DNA of 64,000 nucleotides from Planctomycetota bacterium (GTDB lineage Bacteria; Planctomycetota; B15-G4; SIAN01): positions 134,765 to 198,764 of the forward strand of contig JANNXA010000009.1 in the NCBI GenBank assembly GCA_031409275.1, in the 5' to 3' direction. The notes beneath the pieces were generated by a model. It had not been told where the DNA came from, did no database searches, and saw nothing but the letters and a program-made list of their open reading frames with translations. This document shows positions 1-8,661 of this stretch, in pieces; within the stretch, counting starts at the first letter, position 1, and each line of letters starts with the position of its first letter. The translations under genes were made by a program, and so were the position numbers.

Positions 1-15
1 TTGAATCCCGGTGCT

Positions 16-327
16 CACTCAGAGGTCGACGTTCACGCGGTCCGAGAAGACCACCGGCCCGGTCGGGCTCAGCTTGAGAGCAAGCAGGCCGACGTTGAAC
101 CCAAGCAGGGGGTTCTCCGCGTCGGCGTCGAACTCGTAGCGATGCGTGGCGTCGAACACGTCGAGCGTCAGCACGATCCAGGTCGGGATGCCGTCAATCT
201 CGTCGACCACCAGCATCACCGGATCGCCTGGCGTCCCGTCATAGACCGAGACGCTGATCGTCTGGCCGGGAGCTGGCTGCGTCGGAGTGATGGAGAGGTT
301 GATCTCGTCGGAGTCGAAGAGGTAGAC
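16..327. repeat. 312-bp direct repeat, copy 1 (3' end of FG-GAP paralog 1)
   Basis: Manual alignment to 1773..2084: about 12 mismatches, no indels. Confidence 0.9.
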
Positions 328-1584
328 CTTGCCGGTGTAGGTGCCGCCGTGAGTCGGCGCGCCGACCACCAACGTCTCGTCACCGATCCCGACCGCCGAG
401 CCGTAGTTGTCCGCCGTCCCCTTGTCGCTGCCGCCGAGCTCCTGATCCAGGGACCAGCCACGGTTGAACCGCCCCTTGCGGAACGACCAGGCGCGGTTGA
501 CGGCGTAGTAGTCGGTTCCCGCCAGCGCCGTCTTGCCGCGCAATGCCACCGACCGACCGAAGTAGACGTAGTTCAGGGCGATCGGATTGGCGAAGGTGCC
601 GCTCGGCGTCCACGTCCCGTTGCGCAACGTGAAGAAGTGGACGGCGCCGGTGCCCGCGGGCCCGCCCACGACGTTGTGGCTCGGCGCACCGACGATCAGG
701 TCGACGCCGTCGAGCGCCACCGAGTAGCCGAACGCCTCGACGTTCGCGCTGGGCCCCCGCAGCTCGAGCGAGTGGGTCCAATTCGTGGCGCCCTTGGTCC
801 AGATCGACACGCTGCCCTCGTTCGCGAAGCCGAGGCTGCCCACCTCGCCGGGCGTTCCGACCAGCGCCGTCGTGCCGTCGAACGCGAGGCTGCTGCCGGC
901 GTAGTCGTAGCCGCTCCCGTCCGGGTCGAGCAGCGTCGTCGTCTCGTTCCAGCTTCGATTGGGTCGGTCGTACTCGAAGACGTGGACCTGCCCGGAGTTG
1001 ATGCCCAGCGTGGTGTTCTCGTAGGGCGCGCCCACCAGCAGCACATCGTCGTGCACCGCCAGAGCGCGGCCGAACTGCATGTTGGTGAGAGCGACCGTCG
1101 ACGTCAGGCGCGCTTCATGGATCCAACTCCCGGTGGACGGCCGGCTGCCGCGGAAGAGGTGCACGGCGCCGCAGTCGACCGCGGTTGCCGAATCCTCGTA
1201 GCGCGCCGACACCGCGATCACCTCGCCGTGGATCGCGACGGCATAGCCGAAGGCGCCGTTGGTCTCGGGCGTCGACGAGGTGAGCGTGGCATCGAGGAGC
1301 CACTCCTGCGTCGCCGGGTCGAAACGGAAGACCCATGTCTTCCCGGCGCTCGAGGCCGTTCCGCCCTCGCCGCGACCACCGATGACCATCAGGTCGCCGT
1401 CGATCGCGATCCTGTCGCCGAAGTACTCATTGCTGATCGGCACCGGCGAGGTCAGTTGCTGCACCTCGACCGCCTGCGCCGAGGCGGTCGCCGGATGGAG
1501 CGCGAAGGAGGCCACGGCGATCGCCGCGCTGACGGCAACGAGCGAGCGGGAACGGACAAAGAAGGTCGCGAGCGGACGGTGCAT
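19..1584 (-). CDS. Secreted FG-GAP repeat (integrin-alpha-like beta-propeller) protein with conserved ~95-aa C-terminal domain, paralog 1
   Basis: Repeated 'FGxAVAxxGDxxxVGAP...GAVHxF' blades; signal peptide ending ASA-Q; GGAG RBS before ATG at 1584. Confidence 0.85.
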   Translation of the reverse strand: MHRPLATFFVRSRSLVAVSAAIAVASFALHPATASAQAVEVQQLTSPVPISNEYFGDRIAIDGDLMVIGGRGEGGTASSAGKTWVFRFDPATQEWLLDATLTSSTPETNGAFGYAVAIHGEVIAVSARYEDSATAVDCGAVHLFRGSRPSTGSWIHEARLTSTVALTNMQFGRALAVHDDVLLVGAPYENTTLGINSGQVHVFEYDRPNRSWNETTTLLDPDGSGYDYAGSSLAFDGTTALVGTPGEVGSLGFANEGSVSIWTKGATNWTHSLELRGPSANVEAFGYSVALDGVDLIVGAPSHNVVGGPAGTGAVHFFTLRNGTWTPSGTFANPIALNYVYFGRSVALRGKTALAGTDYYAVNRAWSFRKGRFNRGWSLDQELGGSDKGTADNYGSAVGIGDETLVVGAPTHGGTYTGKVYLFDSDEINLSITPTQPAPGQTISVSVYDGTPGDPVMLVVDEIDGIPTWIVLTLDVFDATHRYEFDADAENPLLGFNVGLLALKLSPTGPVVFSDRVNVDL

Positions 1585-1671
1585 GGTGTGCTCCAGGAGA
1601 TTCATCACGGCAGGAGGATCGGTTAGGGCAGCCGGGCGAAGCCGGTTGGAGATACTCGGACAGACTCGTAG

Positions 1672-1697
1672 GTCCCGATCGCGCGGACGGCGTTCCA
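1672..1697 (-). promoter_or_regulatory. Putative ECF-sigma promoter variant upstream of FG-GAP paralog 1
   Basis: TGGAAC-N13-TCGGGAC(CTA) on the minus strand, a variant of the motif upstream of the other three paralogs. Confidence 0.45.
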
Positions 1698-1772
1698 TGG
1701 CGGCGCGAAAGTCACGGCACGCCCCGGAGTGGAACGGAGAGTGGTGCGGGCGGGGCCGTCGCGGCCGGGCCG

Positions 1773-2084
1773 CACTCAGAGATCGACGTTCACGCGGTCC
1801 GAGAAGACCACCGGACCGGTCGGGCTCAGCTTGAGAGCAAGCACGCCGACGTTGAACCCAAGCAGGGGGTTCTCCGCGTCGGCGTCGAACTCGAAGCGAT
1901 GGTTCGCGGCGAACGTGTCGAGCGTCAGCACGATCCAGGTCGGGATGCCGTCAATCTCGTCGACCACCAGCATCACCGGATCGCCTGGCGTCCCGTCATA
2001 GACCGAGACGCTGATCGTCTGGCCGGGAGCTGGCTGCGTCGGCGTGATGGAGAGGTTGATCTCGTCGGAATCGAAGAGGTAGAC
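1773..2084. repeat. 312-bp direct repeat, copy 2 (3' end of FG-GAP paralog 2)
   Basis: Manual alignment to 16..327. Confidence 0.9.
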
Positions 2085-3344
2085 GCCGCCGTGATCCGCG
2101 AAGAACGGGATGTCGATGCCGGGAGCCCCGACCAGCAGTTGCTCGCCGCTGATGGCGAGCGCTGCACCGTAGTCATCCGCAAAGACGAGGCTGCTGGCGC
2201 CGAGTTCCTGGTCGAAGAACCAGCCCTTCTGGAAGCGGCCCTTGCGGTAGGACGCAGCCTGATTCGCGTAGCCGGTTCCAGCCATGGCGATCTTCCCCTC
2301 GATCGTGACGGAGCTGCCGTAGGCCTCGAACACCCACGGGTCGGGGTTCTCGAAAGTGCCGCTGTGCTGCCAGCTGCCGTTGTGCAGCGTGAAGAAGTGG
2401 ACGCCGCCGCAGTAGGCCTTTCCGGAGCTGCCGCTCCAACCCGGCGCGCCAACGATCATGTCGACGCCGTTGACGCGGTCGAGCGCCACCGCCGCGCCGA
2501 ACTGCTCGCCGCCGACCGGCGCTGGCGACACGAGTTCGCGCGTGTGCGTCCAGGTCGAGGCGCTCTTGGTCCAGAGCGAGACGGTGCCGGTGTTGAAGGC
2601 GCCGGCACCGGTCACTTCGCCGGGTGTTCCAACGAGTGCGGTCGTGCCATCGAAGGCCACCGACGCGCCGGCGTAGTCGAAGCCCGAGGCGTCGGGATCG
2701 AGCAGCGGTGCCGACTCGTTCCAGACCTGGCCGACGCTGTCGTACTCGAAGACGTGAACCTGCCCCGTGCTGGCGCCCATCGCCGTGTACTCGTACGGCG
2801 CGCCGGCCAGCAGCACGTCGCCATGCAGCGCCAGCGACTTGCCGAACTCGTTGTTGGACGTCGCCACGGTCGAGGTCAGCCGCTGTTGGTGGACCCAGGT
2901 GCCGCCGACCGCGCTGCCGCCGCGGAAGAGGTGGACCGCACCGCAATCGGACGCGCTGCTCGAGTCCTCGTAGCGCGCTGCGACCGCGATGACGTCGCCG
3001 TGGATCGCGACCGCGCTACCGAACGCACCGTTGGTCTCGGGCGTCGAAGAGAGGAGCGTCGTCTCGAACTGCCACTCTTCGGCGACCGGATCCCACCGAT
3101 AGACGACGGCGACCCCTTCGCTGCCGGCGTAGCCGCCGGTGCTCCTGCCGCCAACCACCAGCAGATCTCCGTCGACGGCCATCGCGGAGCCGAAACGGTG
3201 GTAGGGCACGGGCACCGGCTCCTTGAGCACCTCCTGCTCGATGGCCTGCGCCCGCGCACCGTCGCCGAGCGCCACCGAGGCGCAAAGCGCCGCCAGCCCC
3301 GGCATGCCGCGCGAACGAAGGAAACGGCGGACCGAGCGATTCAT
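1776..3344 (-). CDS. Secreted FG-GAP repeat beta-propeller protein, paralog 2
   Basis: Same blade motifs; signal peptide ending ARA-Q; CAGGAG RBS before ATG at 3344. Confidence 0.85.
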   Translation of the reverse strand: MNRSVRRFLRSRGMPGLAALCASVALGDGARAQAIEQEVLKEPVPVPYHRFGSAMAVDGDLLVVGGRSTGGYAGSEGVAVVYRWDPVAEEWQFETTLLSSTPETNGAFGSAVAIHGDVIAVAARYEDSSSASDCGAVHLFRGGSAVGGTWVHQQRLTSTVATSNNEFGKSLALHGDVLLAGAPYEYTAMGASTGQVHVFEYDSVGQVWNESAPLLDPDASGFDYAGASVAFDGTTALVGTPGEVTGAGAFNTGTVSLWTKSASTWTHTRELVSPAPVGGEQFGAAVALDRVNGVDMIVGAPGWSGSSGKAYCGGVHFFTLHNGSWQHSGTFENPDPWVFEAYGSSVTIEGKIAMAGTGYANQAASYRKGRFQKGWFFDQELGASSLVFADDYGAALAISGEQLLVGAPGIDIPFFADHGGVYLFDSDEINLSITPTQPAPGQTISVSVYDGTPGDPVMLVVDEIDGIPTWIVLTLDTFAANHRFEFDADAENPLLGFNVGVLALKLSPTGPVVFSDRVNVDL

Positions 3345-3426
3345 GGTGAACTCCTGCGGAGTGGCGTCACGCGTTGGCGACGCAGGGAGGGTTGGGGGGG
3401 GTGGTGCACGCGAATCGGCGCCTCTA

Positions 3427-3453
3427 CACCCGAGGATTTGCCGCCGCGTTACA
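3427..3453 (-). promoter_or_regulatory. Putative ECF-sigma promoter upstream of FG-GAP paralog 2
   Basis: TGTAAC-N14-TCGGGTG on the minus strand. Confidence 0.6.
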
Positions 3454-3494
3454 GCCGCAGCGTCATTTCCTTCGAATCGCCCTCCGCAACGCAC

Positions 3495-3524
3495 GAGGGG
3501 CGCCCGGTCGCCCGGACGCCCCTC
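3495..3524 (-). terminator. GC-rich hairpin downstream of FG-GAP paralog 3, possible terminator
   Basis: GAGGGGCGCCCGG-TCGC-CCGGACGCCCCTC inverted repeat; no clear U-tract. Confidence 0.4.
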
Positions 3525-3557
3525 TCACCGTCGCTTCGCCACTAAGACGGCGTCAAC

Positions 3558-5135
3558 TCACAGGTCGATGTCGATCGCCTGCGAACCGACCAGCGGACCG
3601 CCCGCACCGATCTTCCAGGCGCGCACGGTCACCGTGCTGCCGAAGGCGGGATCAGGCGCGTCGAGCTGCAGGCTCCACGAGGAGTCGACCGCGAACACGT
3701 CGTAGAGCAGCGGAAGGAAGAGCGGGATCCCGTCGATCGCCTCGACCGCCAGCAGCAGCGGCGAGCCGGGCGCGCCGCGATGCGCTTCGAGGTCGATCGT
3801 GGCGCCCGGCGCCGGCTGCGTCGGCGTCACCGTCAGCGTGAACTCGGCGGCGTCATAGAAGAAGAGCGCCCCGGTGTCGCGGCCGTTGCTGGTGTTGGCC
3901 CAGCGCGACGCAACGACGATGTCGGAGTTCGCGATGTTCAGGGCACCGCCGAAGTTCTCCTCGGCGATCGTCGGTCCCGCCTGCAGCTCGCTCTCGAAGT
4001 GCCACGGCCCGTTCTTCTTCTTGCCGAGCCGCCAGGTCCACACGCTGCCGATGTGGCCGCCGCCGGTCACCTCGTTCGGCGCGCCCGCGACGAACAGCCC
4101 GCCCTGCAGTTCGACCGCCGTCCCGAAGCCGCTGTTGTAGGCGAGCGTCGGCGAGTCGAAGCTCTGCTCGAGGTTGAAGAGTCCGGTGACCGTGTCCTTC
4201 ACGAAGACGTAGGCGCGGCCGGCCAGCGAGTTCGCGCCGATCGTCTCCGTCGGTGCGCCGACGGCGATCCGATTGCCGTCGAGCGCAAGCGAGCTGCCGA
4301 AGTTCGCGCTCTGCTGCGGGACGTTCGCGCGGAGTTCCTGCCCTTGCGTCCAGGTCGTTCCGCTGATCGAGAAGAGCTCGACGGTGCCGGCGTAGTTCGT
4401 CGCGCCAGCCGCCCCGTTCGGCGCGGCCACCAGCAACGTGGTCCCATCGAAGTCGATCGTCCGGCCGAAGAAGGAGGCGCTGCTGCCGTTGCTGTCGACG
4501 AGCTGCGCCTCGAAGGCGAAGAGCCCGGTCACGGCATCGCGTCGGCACACCTGGACTGACCCGAGACCGGCGCCCGGCGCGCCGACCAGCAGCAGATCGC
4601 CCTTCAACGCCAGCCCGTAGCCGAAGCCTTCGCCGGCAATCGGCGCGTTCGAATCGAGCTTCTGCACTTCGACGAAGAGTCCGGTGATCGCGTCGCGCTC
4701 GAACAGGTAGACCGAACCCGCATCGCCGAGGTTGTTGACGACGTTGCGTGGCGCGCTGACGGCGAGGCGATCGCCATCGACGGCGACCGTCGCGCCGAAC
4801 GTCTCGAAACTGGCGTAGTCGCTCGCGAAGAGCTTCTGCTGGTAGCTCCACGCACCGGTCACGGGATCGCGAACGTGGACTGTCGCGGCTCCGTGACCGC
4901 CGATCGGGTAGTAGGAGCTGTCGTTGGGAGCGCCGACCACCATGAGGTCGCCGTCGATCGCGAACGCGGAACTCCAGTAGTTGCTGTCGGAGATGTAGGG
5001 ACAGATCAACGACGACTGCTCGTTCGCCTGCGCGCGCGCATCGCCGGCGGCGATGAGAGCGGCGGCGACCGGAAGCGCGGCCGGCGCGATCCTGCGGACG
5101 ACGCGTGAAAGCAGGCGATTGGCCGAAGCGGACAT
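3558..5135 (-). CDS. Secreted FG-GAP repeat beta-propeller protein, paralog 3
   Basis: FG-GAP blades; signal peptide ending ARA-Q; GAGGAG RBS before ATG at 5135; same C-terminal domain (TPTQPAPG...IDIDL). Confidence 0.85.
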   Translation of the reverse strand: MSASANRLLSRVVRRIAPAALPVAAALIAAGDARAQANEQSSLICPYISDSNYWSSAFAIDGDLMVVGAPNDSSYYPIGGHGAATVHVRDPVTGAWSYQQKLFASDYASFETFGATVAVDGDRLAVSAPRNVVNNLGDAGSVYLFERDAITGLFVEVQKLDSNAPIAGEGFGYGLALKGDLLLVGAPGAGLGSVQVCRRDAVTGLFAFEAQLVDSNGSSASFFGRTIDFDGTTLLVAAPNGAAGATNYAGTVELFSISGTTWTQGQELRANVPQQSANFGSSLALDGNRIAVGAPTETIGANSLAGRAYVFVKDTVTGLFNLEQSFDSPTLAYNSGFGTAVELQGGLFVAGAPNEVTGGGHIGSVWTWRLGKKKNGPWHFESELQAGPTIAEENFGGALNIANSDIVVASRWANTSNGRDTGALFFYDAAEFTLTVTPTQPAPGATIDLEAHRGAPGSPLLLAVEAIDGIPLFLPLLYDVFAVDSSWSLQLDAPDPAFGSTVTVRAWKIGAGGPLVGSQAIDIDL

Positions 5136-5209
5136 GGCGGAACTCCTCACAAGGACGATCAGGGAAAGGGGCGCCGGCCCGAGGGATGACTCCGCGGCGG
5201 CAGCAGTAG

Positions 5210-5236
5210 CACCCGAACGCGGCGGCCGCCGTTACT
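5210..5236 (-). promoter_or_regulatory. Putative ECF-sigma promoter upstream of FG-GAP paralog 3
   Basis: AGTAAC-N14-TCGGGTG(CTA) on the minus strand. Confidence 0.6.
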
Positions 5237-6372
5237 GAAGTCGCTTCCCGGCCACCGGCGCCCGGGCGACGCCCGCGCCGATCTTCCAGGCGCGCACCGA
5301 CACGGTAACCCCGAACAGCGGGTCGGGAGCGTCGAGCGCCGCGTGCCACGCGTGGTCGCTGCCGAAGACGTCGGTCAGGATCGGCACGAAGAGCGGAGCC
5401 CCGTCGATCGCCTCGACCATCAACAACAGCGGGTCGCCCGGGTCGCCGCGAGTGACGTCGAGGTCGATGTTCGCGCCGGCGGCAGGCTGCGTCGGATGGA
5501 CCGTGAGCACGAGTTCGGCGGCGTGGAAGAGGAAGAGCTCGCCGGAGTCGCGGCCGCTCGTCGGGTCGGTGTAGCGCGCCGCCGTCACCGCCTCGCGGTC
5601 GTCGAGCGCGACGGCATCGCCGAAGTTGTCGGCCACCAAACCGAGGCTCGACCCGAGCTCGGTGTCGAAGTGCCACGGGCCGTTCTTCTGCTTGCCGAGG
5701 CGGTCGACCCACGCCGATCCGGAGTGGCTGCCACTGACCCGATCTTGCGGAGCGCCGCCGACCCACATGCCGCCGTTCAGCGCGAGCGCCTGGCCGAAGT
5801 GCATCCCGACCTGCGCCTTCGGCGATGGCAGATGCTGCTCGTGGCTGAAGAGGCCGGCGGTGCGCTTGAAGACGTCGGCGGCGCCGACGCTCGCGACACC
5901 GGTTGCATCTTCCTCGGGCGAACCGATCGCCAGGCGATCGCTATCGAGCGCGATCGCGCTGGCGAAGCAGAGATCGTCCTGCGCCACGGTGGGCAGCGGT
6001 TCCTGTCCCTGCGTCCACGTGGTGCCGCTGACCGTCCACCGATCGACCGCTCCGCCGTGTCACTTTGCCATGCGACGGCGCTGCCGCAGCCGAAGTCGGC
6101 GTCACCATCGTTGTCATCGAGCTGCGTCTCGCCGTTCCACACTCCCGTCACGGCGTCGCGACGGAAGACGTAGGCCGCGCCGGAACGGCCGATCTCGTTC
6201 ACTGCCTTGCCGATCGCACCGATCGACACGACGTCGCCGTCGAGCGCCAGCGCATTGCCGGCGTAGGCATCGGGCACGTCGTAGGGCGGAACGATCGCGC
6301 CCTGCTCGTAAGCCTGCGCCGGCAAGGAGGCGTTTCCGACGAGCGCCTCGAGCTGGAACGACGCGCGGCCAT
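5232..6372 (-). pseudogene. Degraded FG-GAP paralog 4
   Basis: ATG with GGAG RBS at 6372 is out of frame with the propeller sequence (AQAYEQ...); a second frameshift near 6055; homology spread over ORFs 5777..6430 and 5232..5987; about 140 codons shorter than paralog 3; altered C-terminus. Confidence 0.75.
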
Positions 6373-6427
6373 GGTGGACTCCGTGAGCGAGTGAAGCGGC
6401 GTGCATCTCGCATCGGCTCGCAGGTGG

Positions 6428-6454
6428 CACCCGACGGCAACGCGCGGCGTTACA
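6428..6454 (-). promoter_or_regulatory. Putative ECF-sigma promoter upstream of FG-GAP pseudogene
   Basis: TGTAAC-N14-TCGGGTG on the minus strand. Confidence 0.6.
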
Positions 6455-6487
6455 CGCGTCGTCTTCACGCGCCAGGAACTTCCGCCG

Positions 6488-7627
6488 TCAGCTCGTGCCG
6501 TCGAACAGCCCACCCTGATGCGGCCCCGGACGGCGAAAGGCGGCGGTCGAGATGCCGCGCTCGCGCATGCCGGCGAGACCAGCGCGCCGCACCGCCAAGC
6601 CGAAGAGCTGTTCGAGCTGGCGCGCCCACTCCCCGTCGCCGCGGAAGCGCGTGCCGAACTCCGCGTCGTTGAGTGCGCCGCCGCGAAGCTCGCGGATGCG
6701 ATCGAGCACCTTGCTGCGCCGATCGGGCTGGTGCAGCACCAGCCATTCGTCGAAGAGCTGCTTCAAGCCGTACGGCAGTCGCAAGAGCTGCCAGCTCGCC
6801 ATCGTCGCGCCCGCGTCGCGCGCGGCGGCGACGATCGCCGGCATCTCGTGATCGGTCAGGCCGGGAATCACCGGCGCCACCAACACGCCGACCGGAATGC
6901 CCGCCGCCGCGAGCTGCGCGATCGCCTCGAGCCGCTTCGCCGGCCGCGACGCCCGTGGCTCGAGCTCCGCAGCGAGCTGCGCATCGAGGGTCGTCACGCT
7001 GAGGAAGACCTGCGCCGCGTCGTGCGCCGCAAGGCTGGCGAGCAGGTCGGCGTCGCGCGTGACCAACGCGTTCTTCGTGACGATGCCGACCGGGTTCCTG
7101 AAGTCAGCCAGCACTTCGAGGCAGCCGCGGGTGATCCGCAGCAGCCGTTCGACCGGCTGGTAGCAGTCGGTGACGCCCGACAGCGCCAGCAGCCGCGGCC
7201 GCCAGCTCCTCTTCATCAGCTCGCCGCGCAGCAGCTCGGGCGCGCGCCGCTTCACCAGGATCTTCGTCTCGAAGTCGAGGCCGGCGGACAGGCCGAGGTA
7301 CTCATGGGTCGGGCGCGCGTAGCAGTAGACGCAGCCGTGCTCGCAACCGCGGTACGGGTTGACGCTGACGTCGAAGGGCAGGTCGGGGCTGTCGTTCTCC
7401 GACAGGATCGAACGCGAGGCGTCCTCGAAGAACTGCGTGCGCGGCGCCGGGATCGCGTCGTCACCGGCGGCGCGCGCCGCCGCTGCGACTCCTTCGAGGT
7501 CGACCTCGATCTGACGCGCGGTGAAGCGATCGGCAGGATTGGACGCGACCCCGCGACCGCGCGCCGCGAACGCCTTCGCGTCGCTCGCCGATTCGGTCGG
7601 TTCACGAGGATCCGCCACGCCGCTCAT
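6488..7627 (-). CDS. PA0069-family radical SAM protein (spore photoproduct lyase-like)
   Basis: NPYRGCEHGCVYCYARPTHEY (CxxxCxxC), TDCYQP, LEPRA, APVIPGLTDHE motifs. Confidence 0.9.
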   Translation of the reverse strand: MSGVADPREPTESASDAKAFAARGRGVASNPADRFTARQIEVDLEGVAAAARAAGDDAIPAPRTQFFEDASRSILSENDSPDLPFDVSVNPYRGCEHGCVYCYARPTHEYLGLSAGLDFETKILVKRRAPELLRGELMKRSWRPRLLALSGVTDCYQPVERLLRITRGCLEVLADFRNPVGIVTKNALVTRDADLLASLAAHDAAQVFLSVTTLDAQLAAELEPRASRPAKRLEAIAQLAAAGIPVGVLVAPVIPGLTDHEMPAIVAAARDAGATMASWQLLRLPYGLKQLFDEWLVLHQPDRRSKVLDRIRELRGGALNDAEFGTRFRGDGEWARQLEQLFGLAVRRAGLAGMRERGISTAAFRRPGPHQGGLFDGTS

Positions 7628-7680
7628 CGATTGCCACCCGAAGGCCGACGCAGGAAGAGTTCGGCTCGGACGGTCGATCG

Positions 7681-8661
7681 TCAGCGCGCCGCGTACGCGA
7701 GGATCGCGGCCGGTTTGCCGTCGCGAGCCGGCGCCGCGACGAAGAGCAGGGCTAGCTCCGGCACGAAGAGCGCCGTGCGGGCGCCGGCCGCGGTGGCGAT
7801 CGAGGCGCTCGGCGCGAGCTCGCCCTTTGCGCCGCGCTCGAGCAGCGTGACGACCCCTTCACCGCATGCGACGTAGACGCGGTGGCGCGCGGCATCGACG
7901 AAGAGGTCGTCCGGATCGCCCCCGATCGGGAGCTCCTGGAGCAGCGCGCCGCTCGCGGCATCGAGCGCGAGGAGGCGTGCCGGCTCCCGGCAACCGATCA
8001 GCACTCGGCCGGCGGCGGCATCGAGCGCCATCGGATAGTTGCGTGCGGCGGACGTGACCGGCCAGGTCGCGATCACCTTGCGCTGCTTGCGATCGACGAC
8101 GGCGACGTGGCGTGCGTCGGGAACGTTGACGTAGACGCGCGTGCCATCGGGATCGAGCTGCAGCGACTCGGCGTGGCCGGCGAGCGCGACCACCGCCACC
8201 CGCTCCTGCTTGGCAACGTCGACGACCGCGAGCCCCTCCTCGGTCCCGATCCACAGCAGCTCCCCGCCCTCGTCGACGCGCACGTTGTCGGCATCGCCGC
8301 CGACCGCGAGGCGCTTCTTCTCGACCAGGGTCGCCGCGTCATGCACGTGGAGCAGGCCATCGCCGCCGGTGGTGAACAGCAGCTCCTCGCGCGCCGGCAG
8401 GTAGATGATCCCTTGCGGTTCATCGAGCTTCGGAATCGTCCCGACGCGACGTCCGACGAGCGGCTCGCTGCTGCCCCACTCGATGACCTCGACGCTGCCG
8501 TTGGCAAGCGCGGCGACGGCCAGGTGGCGGCGCTTCGCGTCCCAGGCGAGGTGGTCGATGCGCCCGCTGACGCCGGGCAGCTCGACGCGCGCGACCGACA
8601 CGAGTTCGGCCGATTCGCCGCGGCAGAACGTCAACGCCGCGATCAGCAGCGCGGCGTTCAC
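7681..8661 (-). CDS. YncE-like secreted beta-propeller protein
   Basis: GRIDHLA, GDADNVR, NYPMALD repeats; GTG start overlapping the upstream TGA (GTGA); hydrophobic N-terminus. Confidence 0.75.
   Translation of the reverse strand: MNAALLIAALTFCRGESAELVSVARVELPGVSGRIDHLAWDAKRRHLAVAALANGSVEVIEWGSSEPLVGRRVGTIPKLDEPQGIIYLPAREELLFTTGGDGLLHVHDAATLVEKKRLAVGGDADNVRVDEGGELLWIGTEEGLAVVDVAKQERVAVVALAGHAESLQLDPDGTRVYVNVPDARHVAVVDRKQRKVIATWPVTSAARNYPMALDAAAGRVLIGCREPARLLALDAASGALLQELPIGGDPDDLFVDAARHRVYVACGEGVVTLLERGAKGELAPSASIATAAGARTALFVPELALLFVAAPARDGKPAAILAYAAR

Noticed and set aside
16..2084. DGR template/variable repeat pair
   Set aside because: Mismatches are not adenine-specific, both copies are coding ends of paralogs, and no reverse transcriptase is in the window
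3394..3401. G8 homopolymer as a phase-variation tract
   Set aside because: Short, lies in the presumed 5'UTR rather than the promoter spacer or CDS, and is unremarkable at this GC content
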